A DNA stretch of 64,000 nucleotides. It comes from Antechinus flavipes (taxonomy: Eukaryota). Numbering within the stretch: the first letter of the stretch is position 1; each line of letters starts with the position of its first letter. The notes beneath the pieces are model-generated. The model was not told where the DNA came from, did not search any database, and saw nothing but the letters and a program-made list of their open reading frames with translations. The position numbers were made by a program, and so were the translations under genes. Of the stretch, positions 23,799 through 36,400 are shown one piece after another. The stretch is from NCBI RefSeq assembly GCF_016432865.1, contig NC_067400.1, positions 414,594,001 through 414,658,000 of the forward strand, in the 5' to 3' direction.

Positions 23799-25176
23799 GT
23801 CTGTCAATGTGTGCTTGTGTATGTGTCTGGGGGGGGGGAGCAAAAGTGAATAAAGAAATAAAGTGAAGATTTTAATCAATATCATTTATGGAATTTCCTT
23901 AAATTGTAGAAAGGTTTGTTTGCTTTATGGAATTTTCTTTCCAGGGGGTAAAGTTATCAACAAAGAATTATTCTGATAAGAGTTTCTAGAAAGAGTCCCT
24001 TTGCAGGAAAGCCCTGAATATTGAAAAGCTTCTCTCTGAATTTAACCTTTTTCATTACCTTGAAGACACTCCAGGGTGCTTAAAAACAATAACAAGCAAA
24101 TAACTATAACGAAAATTCCTTTTTATTGGTCTGTGAGAAATTAGGTTCGAGATTTATAGTAGGATAAAAAATCTTGAGTCTGATTTCTTCTGGAGTCTTT
24201 GTCCTGAATAGACTTTCAGTCCCCCCCCCCACCACCACCAAAATAAGAGGAAACACACTAGATTTAGTTTTGGAAAATGTTCTGTATTCGGAGTACTTTT
24301 TACAAATTCCCTCTACGGAGGGAATGCACAAATAGTGTACCAAGGACAGCCATGAGGAACCAAGACTGGGAGGGTGGTCTTTTTTAAATAAAAGAAAAAT
24401 CAAAATGGAGAAATAAAGAAAGCGCTCACAGTTTTCATAGCTTGTGGATGGTTTTCTTTTGGTCAATTCAAGCTTTATTGGTGATAACTGACAACATTTA
24501 CAACTAGTCTTCAGTTAGAAAAATAAGAAGGCAAATACAAGTGACCAAAGCTCTTTTGGGCCCAGTCCAGAATTCTGTCAGGCCCAAGACAAACCCTTTC
24601 AAGTATGAGATGACCCCTTAAAAGTGCAGAAGAAAACAAACATACACATACATACACACACCAATTTTAGGCTCTCCTGCCCTGGCGCTGGCACCTAATG
24701 CAAACTAAGTAAATGCAGAAATCCCAAAGGCAAAGCTGAGGCAGGGGGAATGATTTCTTTGAATAACTGTGAACAATATTGTACTGCCATCGATGGAAAA
24801 AACTGCGCCTTTACTATAATTTTATTATAAACATGATTATAATATATCCTCGCCTTTACTCTGGCGAAAGGGGAATCTAGACTACATCACTTCAGAAACA
24901 TGTCAGACATTTACACATTAGAGAGTTCCTCAAAGCTAGCGTGCACTCACAAAAGACAATTTCCCCGAGAAACCAAGACCTGTTCGGAAGAAGGGAGGGG
25001 GAAAAGGAGGATCAAAGCAACTCTTTACACACCAGAGAGAAAATAATCATGTTCCCCCCAAAAAATAGCTTACAGAGACATTTCACTTCTACCTAAAAAG
25101 ACCTGGTCTGTGAAGAATTTCTGGAAAAGGAAGGGGGTAATAAGCATTTTCAAGACCAATTCATTTCCAAGGGGCA

Positions 25177-25418
25177 TTAGTCTCCTTTACTGCCCTTTTC
25201 CTTGTTCATCTTTTTCATTTTCATTCTTCGGTTTTGAAACCAGATTTTGACCTGTCTCTCTGTGAGGTTTAGAATCCTAGCTACTTCGTAGCGGCGGTCT
25301 CGGGTAAGATACATGTTAAAGAGAAATTCCTTTTCCAGCTCCAGGGTCTGGTATTTTGTGTAGGGACAGCGCTTTTTCCTGGTGGAACGTGCGTGGATCC
25401 AGTTTGCTGCAGGGTTAT
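25177..25418 (-). CDS. HOXD9: HOXD9 exon 2 (homeodomain)
   Basis: Acceptor ctctttgcag, then [79 protein letters not shown]. Confidence 0.97.
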
Positions 25419-25855
25419 CTGCAAAGAGGGGAGTTTGGAACAAGGGAGAGAGAGAGGAGAGGGGAGGGGAGTTAGGGTGGGAGAAGAGAGGGTGGGGAGG
25501 GAAGAGAGAGGTCGTTAAATTAATTTAACGAAGGATAGACGGTTTTCACAACTTTGGGGGAATTATCATAAAAAGCCTTAATGCCCCCGCTCTGTTTACT
25601 GTACAAACTGTGTGCGGATGGTAGGTGGTTATGTGAACTCTCTCTTTCTCTCTCTCTCTCTCTTTTTATGGACGTTTGTTNNNNNNNNNNNNNNNNNNNN
25701 NNNNNNNNNNNNNNNNNNNNNNNNNNNNNNNNNNNNNNNNNNNNNNNNNNNNNNNNNNNNNNNNNNNNNNNNNNNNNNNNNNNNNNNNNNNNNNNNNNNN
25801 NNNNNNNNNNNNNNNNNNNNNNNNNNNNNNNNNNNNNNNNNNNNNNNNNNNNNNN

Positions 25856-26573
25856 GCTGGCTGCTCGGGCTGGGGTGGTCGTTGCAAGCCGAGGGCTCCT
25901 TGCTGTTGGCCACTCCAGCAACTGCCACTGCTGCCGCTGCCGCTGCCGCTGCCGCCTTCTCCCGGGGCTCCTGCAGGAAGGAATTGCACGTGTACTCGGG
26001 GACACTGATCCCCTGGGATTCCCGGGACGAGGAGCACTCAGTCCTTTTGGTAGAAGAGGTGGAGGAGGTGGAGGAGGAGGAGGGACAGGAGGAGGAGGAA
26101 GAAGAAGAGGAGGAGGAGGAGGAGGAGGAGGTGGAGGAGGTGGCAGGAGCTACTCCTGTTTCAGGCTTAATTCCGTAGTGGCGTCCGGTGGAGGACGTGC
26201 CGCCGCCGCTGCCGCTGCTCCCGGTGCCGCTGCTCCCAGTGCTGCTGCTGGGGAAACTCGGGAAGGGCTCGATCCAGGAGCGCACGTACCGACTGGGCTC
26301 AGAGGCTGCTAAATGGGGCTGATGCACGTAGGGATGGTAGATCCCTGTCATAGCTGCAGAGGACTGTGGGGGCACGGTGGGCCACGAGGCGGAGAACACG
26401 GTGGATTTGGGGGCAAAGCTACAGGAGGAAAATTCGGCCCCATCGGCCACACCTGACGGCCTGGCGGCAGTGCTGTGCCCCGCCTGTCCGAAGCGCCCGG
26501 CGTACACTTCATCGCTCTCGTGGCCTATGAGAGAGTCCACATAGTAGTTACTTAAGGTGCCACTGGACGACAT
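25856..26573 (-). CDS. HOXD9: HOXD9 exon 1, partial (3' end in gap 25681-25855)
   Basis: MSSSGTLSNYYVDSLIGHE...RYVRSWIEP...GRHYGIKPE...KRTEC; typical Hox9 N-terminal motifs. Confidence 0.96.
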
Positions 26574-26676
26574 TTTTAGGCTCCCCTCTCCCTCATATAA
26601 AAGGTTACACTGTTAACTGTAGCGGCTCCCCTCCCTGAGCGCAATCCGAGTATTTTGCAGGCTGCAACCCGCCACC

Positions 26677-26698
26677 ATTGGTCGCGGGGCCCACGTGA
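26677..26698 (-). promoter_or_regulatory. HOXD9 promoter E-box plus CCAAT
   Basis: Minus strand TCACGTG-n10-CCAAT about 105-125 bp upstream of the ATG. Confidence 0.6.
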
Positions 26699-28660
26699 TC
26701 ATATTTACCAATACGGGGAGTAAATCAATCCGCTAAACTGGGGGCTGCCGTGATTAAAAAAAAATCATCATCATCAACACCACAATTAAAAAAAAAAAAA
26801 AAAAAAAAACTGGAGCTATGGGGAGGGCGCCGGCGGGGCGAGCCCTGGCTCCCTGGCTTCCATCCGGTGTGAATGAAGCCTAAGCAGGCGTGGTCGTGCC
26901 GAGGAGTCCCGGCAGGAGACAGTGGGGACTATTTCTTCACTTCTTCTCTGTGCTTTCTGCTAATCGTTCGGTGCCCCCCACTTCTACCCTCTCTGGAGAC
27001 TCTCTGGATTGCGGCCTCTACCTCCCTTCTGTCTCCTCATCTCAAACTGGCGGCCATGGGGTAGAGGACGAGAGGGCAGGGCACTTGGCAGCACGAGGGC
27101 TGGGGGCATTCGATCGTCAGCCCAGAGCGACCGAGGGAGGATTGGATACCTCCCCATTTCAATGCATATGCTTTTGTTTTTGTGGAAATTAACTTCCAAG
27201 ACGAAGGAATTTTCTTTTCCCTTTCCCTCATTTCCCCTTCAACGCCTCCCTCCCCCTACCCAACAGCNNNNNNNNNNNNNNNNNNNNNNNNNNNNNNNNN
27301 NNNNNNNNNNNNNNNNNNNNNNNNNNNNNNNNNNNNNNNNNNNNNNNNNNNNNNNNNNNNNNNNNNNNNNNNNNNNNNNNNNNNNNNNNNNNNNNNNNNN
27401 NNNNNNNNNNNNNNNTTCTCCCCTCCTACCCCAACACAGACATTTACACACAGCAACGACATGTTGCTCTCTCTACTCATACACAACTACCCCAAAGGTG
27501 AAACTTCGGAGTTTCCTTTCCCTACTTGGGTCGCGCTGCGAGGTTTAGCTGCGGTGGCTTCTTCCAAATACGAAGAGAATGAAGTTTACACAAGGCTTTG
27601 CAGGAGGAAGAGGTGCTGGTCTAAACTGGCAAAACGCAGATGTTCTCCTGGTGAGTGGAAGAGAAAGAGCTGCCCTGGAAGAGAGTATGGCAAACAATTG
27701 ATAGTGGACACAAGTGCCAGCCTCCTCATTCGGGCCAGTCCTTTCCCTTCATCCTCAACGTGCAAATTGGGGTAGCTGGTGAATTCTCTGTCCCCTATAT
27801 TATTGAAGGAAAAACGAATATTAGCATGTGTTGAGGAAGGGGAAAACTGTTGTTACTACTGCTAAGACGATTTAGGGAATATTTCAGAAATATTGGCCTT
27901 TTACCTCCCCGCCTCCCCCATCAGCATTTCCTTTTTTTTCAAAGGTGACCCTGAATAGCCTTGAATCTGAGGGAATTACCAACTGTTTCCCCAAATTCAT
28001 TATATAACTATCAAAATGTTACTTCATTGCGTATATGTTCAAACCTCCCTCTATTCTCTATACTTCTGTCCACGAAGGTTGGTGTCTACAGACGTTTTCT
28101 TCATGTTGGAAATGCATTCTACATAAACCTATAGGAATATAGAAAGGCAGGGGAAAGGTAATCACTATTTAATTGATAGTTGCTCAACTTTTTCTAAGGC
28201 TTTCTCATTTTCTTCAAGATTCTATGAGGCTGGGAAATTTGGGCTAATTTTTTTCTTCATGTACTAAACATTTTCTCCCTCCTTAGCAAAGAGTGTTCAC
28301 TATTTCAACAAGCACCCTAGAAATGATTCGTTTTCCCTTAGCTACTTAAAGGTGGCATGGGGCTGGCTGGCAGATCCCAGTTTTCATAGCTATTATGTTT
28401 ACTATTTCCTATAAGAGGGCCCTTTCCCTCTCCAAATGAAGTTTCAAAAATATTAGTACTTTAAACTGATGAACATTCCTGATTCTTGAAAGTTTTTTTT
28501 TTTTTTTTTTTTTTTAGAAAACATACATAATTGCAGATTGTCTAGAATCCTTCACTGAATGAATACAAGGAATTAAAGTGCTTAAATGGATCCCCCCCCC
28601 CCTTTTCAAGGAAAGAAAATCGAAAAGGAATCGTCTAGTGTAACCGATGATAATAATTTA

Positions 28661-28663
<3 letters not shown>

Positions 28664-28711
<48 letters not shown>
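28664..28711. repeat. (AC)24 microsatellite
   Basis: Pure dinucleotide run. Confidence 0.95.
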
Positions 28712-28713
<2 letters not shown>

Positions 28714-29919
28714 TAAATCTGCAGCCAGGGCCTGAGACAACGAAATATTTGTAGTTTCTTTCCAAGGTATATTCTTGTACCCTTTCTAAAGGATGGTAGT
28801 TAACTATGTTGGGAGTTCTCTCAGAGTAGAATCCTACTTGAATAGGACCCCTAAAGGCTACACTGTTTTCTTTCAAACCCCAGCTAGAGAGCGCACACTT
28901 ATTCGAGCATTGGACTTCAATGTGGAGTCATGTTCATTTGCAAATCCCCTAAAGTTTCCTTTTAGTGGGTTTACTACCGCCTCATATATAGTAACTCTGA
29001 GGAGTATTTTGCAATTAAGCANNNNNNNNNNNNNNNNNNNNNNNNNNNNNNNNNNNNNNNNNNNNNNNNNNNNNNNNNNNNNNNNNNNNNNNNNNNNNNN
29101 NNNNNNNNNNNNNNNNNNNNNNNNNNNNNNNNNNNNNNNNNNNNNNNNNNNNNNNNNNNNNNNNNNNNNNNNNNNNNNNNNNNNNNNNNNNNNNNNNNNN
29201 NNNNNNTCACTACACATAAAAATCCCTTCTCCAGTAAACAACAACAAAATGGTTTCTGCAGAATTCGCTTTCCTAAGCTACATTGTAGGGTTTGTATCTG
29301 GCCATTAAGGGAGGGAGGGAAAGAAGGAAAGAGGTCGAGTTTAAATGTTAAGCAGCTTGCTATAACCTCCAGTTATTAATGAAAACTTCAATGAACTCTC
29401 ACCCCACCGGGTCATAGGAAAGATTGGTTTCGAATCTAGATCCTTACAAAATACAAATTAAACCTTTCTAAGGATACAAAAAAAAAAAAAAAAAGCATTT
29501 TAAACTACCAAAGGTCCAAGAAAATGGCTCTTGCAATATTGTAGGAATAAAGGGAAGAAGAGATCTGGGGGCACTCACCAGTCTCGAGTTGGTAGGAAGC
29601 AGGAGTCCGGGTTAGGTAATGATACTTTACTATCCTTGTTGGAGGGAAGGGGGAAGAGATTCTCTTTTTCCAAACTGTGAACAACTGTACAACATTTCCC
29701 CGATTAATCATTGGTACCACTCCTTCCATTTCCCGGGGGCCTTTCCTTTTCTCTCCCATCTCTGACTTTCTCCTCCACCCCACTTCTCACTCCTGATCCC
29801 CTCCTCCCCCTTCAAAGAGTCTTTCAGGCCGCAGCTGATATTCCTAGTGAAGGCTCTCAAATCCAGACTGATGATCTTTCCATTTTAGACAACAAAAGGG
29901 GCCAGTATCGTTTACAGAG

Positions 29920-29925
29920 TTTATT
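29920..29925 (-). terminator. Candidate HOXD10 polyadenylation signal AATAAA
   Basis: About 680 nt after the stop, followed on the minus strand by a U/GU-rich stretch (ccttttgttgt). Confidence 0.55.
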
Positions 29926-30288
29926 GCATTATACATGCTAACAGAACATGCACAGAAAGGACAGATTGTTGTTTGTACTTCTAAGATACCACATATGCAC
30001 CACAAGAACATATCTACAATGGATAAGTAGACAAGAATCCATTTTACGAAAGACAATCTCTAAGTTCATTTGCGAGGATAGTTACATTGTCATGTGCTTC
30101 CCCCCCAAAAAAAGGTTGTGGGTGATCTTAATATTGTTAAAGTATTGGATGTATTCAATAATGCCATGGCTAATGTGAAAGCCACACGCACAAACCATAT
30201 TTGTGAGTAAAAACATGAAAAAGTCACATTGCTTGGATACTCCACAGTTCCAATAAGTTAAGACCAAATGATAACTCTCAGTAATAGT

Positions 30289-30295
30289 TACCCTG
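30289..30295 (-). promoter_or_regulatory. miR-10 seed site in the HOXD10 3'UTR
   Basis: mRNA ...UUUCAUCGUAAUGCAGGGUAA; CAGGGUA is a 7mer-A1 match to miR-10 UACCCUG. Confidence 0.7.
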
Positions 30296-30337
30296 CATTA
30301 CGATGAAAAAAAATAAATTACACGTGCTAGTTTTCTT

Positions 30338-30412
30338 TTATATATATATATATGGATATGGATATATATATACATATATATATATACACACATATATATA
30401 TATACATATATA
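30338..30412. repeat. (TA)n-rich compound microsatellite in the HOXD10 3'UTR
   Basis: tatatata/tacatata runs. Confidence 0.85.
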
Positions 30413-30600
30413 TTTCCATAGGTATACAGATTCACTTGCAGCACTAAAATAATGACCCCAAAGTCACATTCTATCAGGATAAAACAAAAACAAAAAGGAA
30501 AGAAAAATGAAGATTTTGTGTTTTCCAAGTCTCTCCTGCATTTTGCACCCGGGGAATGTTGTGCCGAATATCCTCACTGTTTCTGTCCCCGTGTTAGGGT

Positions 30601-30878
30601 CTAAGAGAAGGTCAGATTAGCGGTCAGTTCTCGGATTCGGTTCTCCCTGCTCATCTTCTTAAGCTTCATTCTGCGGTTTTGAAACCAGATCTTGACCTGC
30701 CTGTCAGTGAGGTTAACGCTCTTACTGATCTCTAGGCGGCGCTCGCGAGTGAGGTACATATTGAATAAGAACTCTTTTTCTAATTCCAGTGTTTGATGTT
30801 TAGTATAAGGACACCTCTTCTTTCTGCCACTCTTTGCAGTTAACCAATTGCTGGTTGGAGTGTCGGACTTGATTTCCT
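30601..30878 (-). CDS. HOXD10: HOXD10 exon 2 (homeodomain)
   Basis: Acceptor ttttgatag, then (E)[91 protein letters not shown]. Confidence 0.98.
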
Positions 30879-32332
30879 CTATCAAAATCAAAAGAAGAAG
30901 AAGAAAATCAAAAAAAAAATTTTTTTTTCTCAGTCTGTTACAGTGTACCCTTGGCCATGACCCCTCTTCTATAATGTCTGGCAGCTCGCTGAAATGCTGG
31001 TATTAAACATTACTCATACGAGGTGTATACACTGGAAGGGATTTCTAATTGTTGTCAGATTAGTGCTAAATAGTTCCAATGACATGATGTGAGGGCACCC
31101 TCCACTTTTGAGCCTCTGTTTTGATTTCTCGCTAAAGTTTCCAACTCACACACAGCATTTAAACAATATTTAACCTGCCAGGGTCTCCCCAGTCACATTT
31201 TAACGGGGTTGCTCGTGACAACCTGAGACTGAGCCACTGCCTAAGAAAACCAGTCAGCTTCACAGTATTCACACATTCTTTTTTGCATTATTTTCCCCTT
31301 GATCTCTCAGACTTGGAGTCCCATCCACCTCAGCCACATTTATAGATGTATAAGCACATTTTATTCTTAAGAAATTATCTCTTGGAAGTGAAAACCTCTC
31401 CCCACAATACAATCCCCACATTTGTCTGTGTATTATTTCTTTTAGAATGCTTCCTCCCATGCCACCCCATAAAGACATTTGTTGAGGGTAAATATATACA
31501 CTTCTGCCTCCTGCAATATTCCATGAATGAGGATAAAAAGAGAAGGCGAGGGAGAGGTTGCAAAGTCCATTTTCACAAGGTGAATTCTTGGGATTTGGTC
31601 TCTTCACCCTCTGCCTGTTCCCAAAGGCAAACTCTGGCTCTTCTTTAATGGAAGCTATCATCTAATTCCATAATCTTGAAAAGACACTTTAAGAGCCTGA
31701 TATCCTTTAAAAGAGAGAGAGAGAAAGAGACAAATCCAAGGTTATTGGAAACAGCTCAGGAGAGCAGCCGAGTCCCATGGAAAGCCAGGCGGGTTGCTGC
31801 TACCCTGGGTTCCTAGCTTCAGTGTTCGGCCTCCAGAAAGATTTAACAAGCTCTCAGGACATATCTCACGAATATCTGGATATCACAGCAATGTTTCTAA
31901 ATGCTATAAAATCATAATTGGATGTAATTAAAATGTTTAATTAAGATATTACTAGGATAAAAGGGAATAATTGGTTGTGTTTACAACCTCCAGATCTCCT
32001 TCTCCTCCTTTTGTTGTTTTTTTCGTGGAATAGACTAAAAAAAAAAGAAATAAATAAAAGCAACCTCTTCCTCCCTCTCCCCATCAGCCTGTGTAGAAGG
32101 TAAACACAATAAGAGAAGGTAAAACAGGAAAAGAGATGGCTGCACTCTATGGGGACTGATTTTTGCTCTCTTTCTCTTCTTAAGAGCTCTAGAGAGCCAG
32201 CACCTGCAGCCCGATGCCTCCTTATCATTAAATGTTATGGCTGTGGTGCTTGTTAGTATTTTATACTGTGTTTTATGATGCTGCCGTGTTCAAGTTACAC
32301 CACGCTACGGTTTAAACTTTGATCATACCGAC

Positions 32333-32947
32333 CTTTACTTTCCTTCTCTTGGACTTCTGGGCTGGACACGGACACTTCAGCTAGGCAGCTCCTCTCCTCT
32401 GGCAAAGTGGACTTGGGCTCGGGGCTTTCCACTTGAGGGACTTTAGCTGAATCCTGGTTGCTGGGGTTTTCACTCATTTTCTTTTCCATCTGAAGGTGGG
32501 CAGAAGATAGCTGCGGTTTGGCAGAGCCGCGAGGGTTTAACTGTAACATTACAGTTGAACTCGTTTCGGGGCTGTTATTGTACTCTTGGGTTTTCCCAGT
32601 GGCGTAGGTCTGGCTCAGTCTAAAATATCCTGGGACAGGAACCTCGGGATTTTCAATGGGGCATGATTCAGAGACCAACCTCTGGTAAGAAGGGACGTCA
32701 GAAGAAATTAGTTTGGTTCGCTTATCGGAATACATGCAGCAATTGGTTTCTTCCTTAATATTGGTAGTGAAGGAGCAAGTAGGGACTTGCTGTGTAACAG
32801 GTTGCTCTATTCGACAAGATCTGCTCGGATCTGTCCAACTCTCTACTTGAGGTATATAAGGATGCACATTCATACCCATATTTTGGTGATTAACTTCTCT
32901 TTTAGCCAGAGACGGGAGCAGTCCACAGGTTTGCATTCCATAAGTCC
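32333..32947 (-). CDS. HOXD10: HOXD10 exon 1, partial (start codon and about 43 codons in gap 32948-33160)
   Basis: [30 protein letters not shown]...VQEKESK, donor G|GTCGGT; the phase-1 join gives ESKEEIKS. Confidence 0.97.
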
Positions 32948-33160
32948 NNNNNNNNNNNNNNNNNNNNNNNNNNNNNNNNNNNNNNNNNNNNNNNNNNNNN
33001 NNNNNNNNNNNNNNNNNNNNNNNNNNNNNNNNNNNNNNNNNNNNNNNNNNNNNNNNNNNNNNNNNNNNNNNNNNNNNNNNNNNNNNNNNNNNNNNNNNNN
33101 NNNNNNNNNNNNNNNNNNNNNNNNNNNNNNNNNNNNNNNNNNNNNNNNNNNNNNNNNNNT

Positions 33161-33430
33161 GCCTCTGCCCGACCACATGACAACCAAGCCAATGAGATTT
33201 GAAAATGGCCTTGAGCCGCTGCCTCCTCGTGGGTCACGTGCTCCCCGGGCCCGGCCGGTCCGCCAAGCAACCACGGACAACAGCGACATCTACAACGCGC
33301 AGGGGATAGTGCGGGGAGAGCGGGGCGCTCCTCTGAAGCTGGTCTCGGGCAGACAGCCCTGGCGCACTGCGCCCAAGGCAAACAAGGGGCTTTCGGCAGC
33401 CAGGCAGTCCGGCGGCCGAGCGGGAGGGAA
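33161..33430 (-). promoter_or_regulatory. HOXD10 promoter CpG island with E-box (CACATG 33174-33179) and CCAAT (33189-33193)
   Basis: GC-rich sequence immediately upstream of the gap holding the ATG. Confidence 0.55.
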
Positions 33431-36400
33431 GGAGGACAGGAGGGGAAGAGGAAAGAAGGAAAGAGAAGAGGAGGGAGAGGGGAAGTGATGGAGGGAGATT
33501 ATGTATTATACATATATACACATATATGTACTTATGCATGTATACATACAGAGATAAAGACAGATAGATGTGCCAGACAGACAGAGGGGGGCTTGATTTA
33601 TTTAGGACTGGTATTCCCGGAGAGGTGAGTCCAAATTCCTTGGCATCCTGAGTTCTTGGCCCTAAGCTAAAAAAACGATTTGATGTGTGGTTGTTGTTGT
33701 TGTTGATGATGATCCTTGTAGTAATCGTGGGAAGGGAAAACAGAAAGGAAAGGGAAAGGGCAAACAGGCCAAGGGATCTGGATGTGAAGTCTAGAGGAAA
33801 GTGGTGCAGAAGTAATGCCCCATTCCCCAAGCCCTCTCCATCCCAAGCTCAGGACTCTGTTTACTATAGGGCTCAGCATACACATTTCTCCCCAGCGGAA
33901 AGAGAGAATTTCTCTTGACCACATGCACTCTGGGACCCTGTGAGGTTTCATACAGGAGACAATTATTTGCCAGCAATGTGCTGTCAGAGAAACCGCCCCT
34001 CCGGCTTCCTACATAAGAATGGAACTGGGATCTTCATCTCCACACTTTTAAAATTAGAGGGGGGGGGGGGAGGAGATAGTGGCGATAAAGAAAAGAAAAA
34101 AAGAAAGGAAATGGATGGGGGGGGGATCAACAAATCCCCCTGGCAATCCAGACTTTGAAAGTTTTCCGTAACTGGCTGGCTAGAGGGGAAGGGAAATGCT
34201 AAGGTGTCATTCAGTTATTATNNNNNNNNNNNNNNNNNNNNNNNNNNNNNNNNNNNNNNNNNNNNNNNNNNNNNNNNNNNNNNNNNNNNNNNNNNNNNNN
34301 NNNNNNNNNNNNNNNNNNNNNNNNNNNNNNNNNNNNNNNNNNNNNNNNNNNNNNNNNNNNNNNNNNNNNNNNNNNNNNNNNNNNNNNNNNNNNNNNNNNN
34401 NNNNNNNNNNNNNNNNNTTGCCACACACGGGAAGATATTTTATTAACAAATCAATCGAGACTTTGTAAAGGATAAGATTAATAGTTAAGATTTAGCATAA
34501 TGGCGTTCGCGTTATGAATTATTGAAAATTATACTATTGATTTTTCCCTTCGCTACTAACCAAGGAGGTCAATTTTTGTTTTAACACAAATCGTCAAATA
34601 TTAAAAGCTATACTTTTGTCAGAAGTTGAATTTTATAGTTCTCGGAGATTCCTAAAATTATTTGATGAGAGCTTTTGTTTTGTCAGGAAAAAAAAAAAAG
34701 AGAGAAGGATAGGAGCGGAGAGGAAAGGAAAGGAAAATCTCAATCCTGTGTTTTCCTCTCGTTAAGTGAAGTCCCACAAAATGGACTTGGTCTTGAGCTA
34801 TAGTCGTGTATATTTAGGTGGGTGGGTGGGAAACAACAACAACAACATTGCAGAAACTCGGGGTTTTATGAGAAACTGTTCTGGCAACTTCCTTCTCTGG
34901 CTTTGAGAACAGACAGCCTTGATCCCGGCCACTGTCTCCAGCTATATAGAAAGGCAACAGTAGGACGCTTTAAACTTGGGTTTCCAAAGACTTGTCTTAG
35001 GAGGCATTAACTTGTCCTCCCCTCCGAAGCTACAGTCCCCTATCCTGCTAAGAGTAAAAGAGTAGGGGATAAAGCACGGAGAGAAACACTGACCGTGAAC
35101 CAGTTCCTGCTTTCTAAGGGGTTTTCTTTTTCTGAATCTCTCCTGAGGAGGCTCCCTGGACTTGGATTTCAGAAGGATACACTGAACTTGTGGATAAATC
35201 GTGTTTCCGGTTCAGCTGAACATTTCTTTGGGGCCTGAACGGCTTCAAAGCGCATTCAATGCTTCTGTATTATTGGGGATGCAAGTTAGATGGTGCCTCG
35301 CAGACCTCCACATGAAAAGGCGATTCAAATCTCTCTTTCCAACAAACCACCTCGTCCCCCTCCCCAAATAAATCTCCTCTGTCCCTAGCAGAAGTTAGAA
35401 TTTTACATTATTTTCTGGGGTGAGTTTGTTTTCCTTTCCCCTATAGCCTGGTATTGTCAGAAACAATAACCCTATTTAAAATCTCTGCTGTGGCCATGAG
35501 ACAGACCTTTTAAAACCTTATCGCAGCTGTTCAAATACAACATCATTGTCAGGTTAAAAGCCCCGACGCCTTTAACAACTAGTCTAAAGCTCTGTGTTGG
35601 CCAGAGAGCTTTAAACATTACCTTTATGGAGGAATAGCTGTTTTAAGCTATGAACAAATAAATAAGGATCTAAGGTATATATATATATATATACATTTGT
35701 TTACATTCTCCCTTCCATCCCTGCCTAAAATTGTTTTCCGTTACTATTTTAGGGGCAGCTAGATAGTGGACTCGCAAAGGGCATTTTCTTCTAGTTGAGA
35801 TCATTACCAGAGCCAATGCTAGGTTTTGTCCAAGTCACAAAGTGTCGTGGACTTCACGTTGCTCAACACTAAGTACAGTTATTTTGTTTTCTAGAAATCC
35901 CTCTATCACCATCTCCCCCTATCTTTATTTTATACTAATTCGGGACAACCCACAGAGTGCAAAGAAGTCAAATACTATTTTCCTGGGCTCAGGGTAAGCT
36001 CCGACTGCTAAATCTAATCAGGAATTTTATGCCCATCAGATGGTCTTTCATAATCTTTATTTACACTTGAAGAAAATAGAGCAGTCAGAAATATCCGATG
36101 CATATTTTTTAGCTGACATCTGCCTGCGGATTTCGGAGAGATTCCCCTAAAACAAGAACTTGAAGTCTTATTCTTGCATTTGGGGTATATCGAATATTTA
36201 CTCAGGTGGCTATGAAAGACCCAGTCACTTCGGAGTCAGCTTTCATTTTCAATTTCTCCTCAGCCCTCTAAAAATTAATGTCTGACATATTATCAAGTAA
36301 ATTCAACTATTTTTCCTCTTCCTCCCTTCTCCCCCACTCCATTCTAACTTGAAACAATCTGTATGCTCTAAGAGCAGATAGAGGTTTTTGGCTTTCTCTA

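Noticed and set aside
25581-26312. Antisense or alternative-frame ORFs over HOX exons (also 42527-43364 and 59307-60173)
   Set aside because: Expected by-product of GC-rich, triplet-repeat coding DNA; no recognisable domain
17847-33160. Apparent truncation of HOXD8, HOXD9 and HOXD10 (possible pseudogenes)
   Set aside because: Missing parts coincide with N gaps of suitable size; visible frames and splice sites are intact
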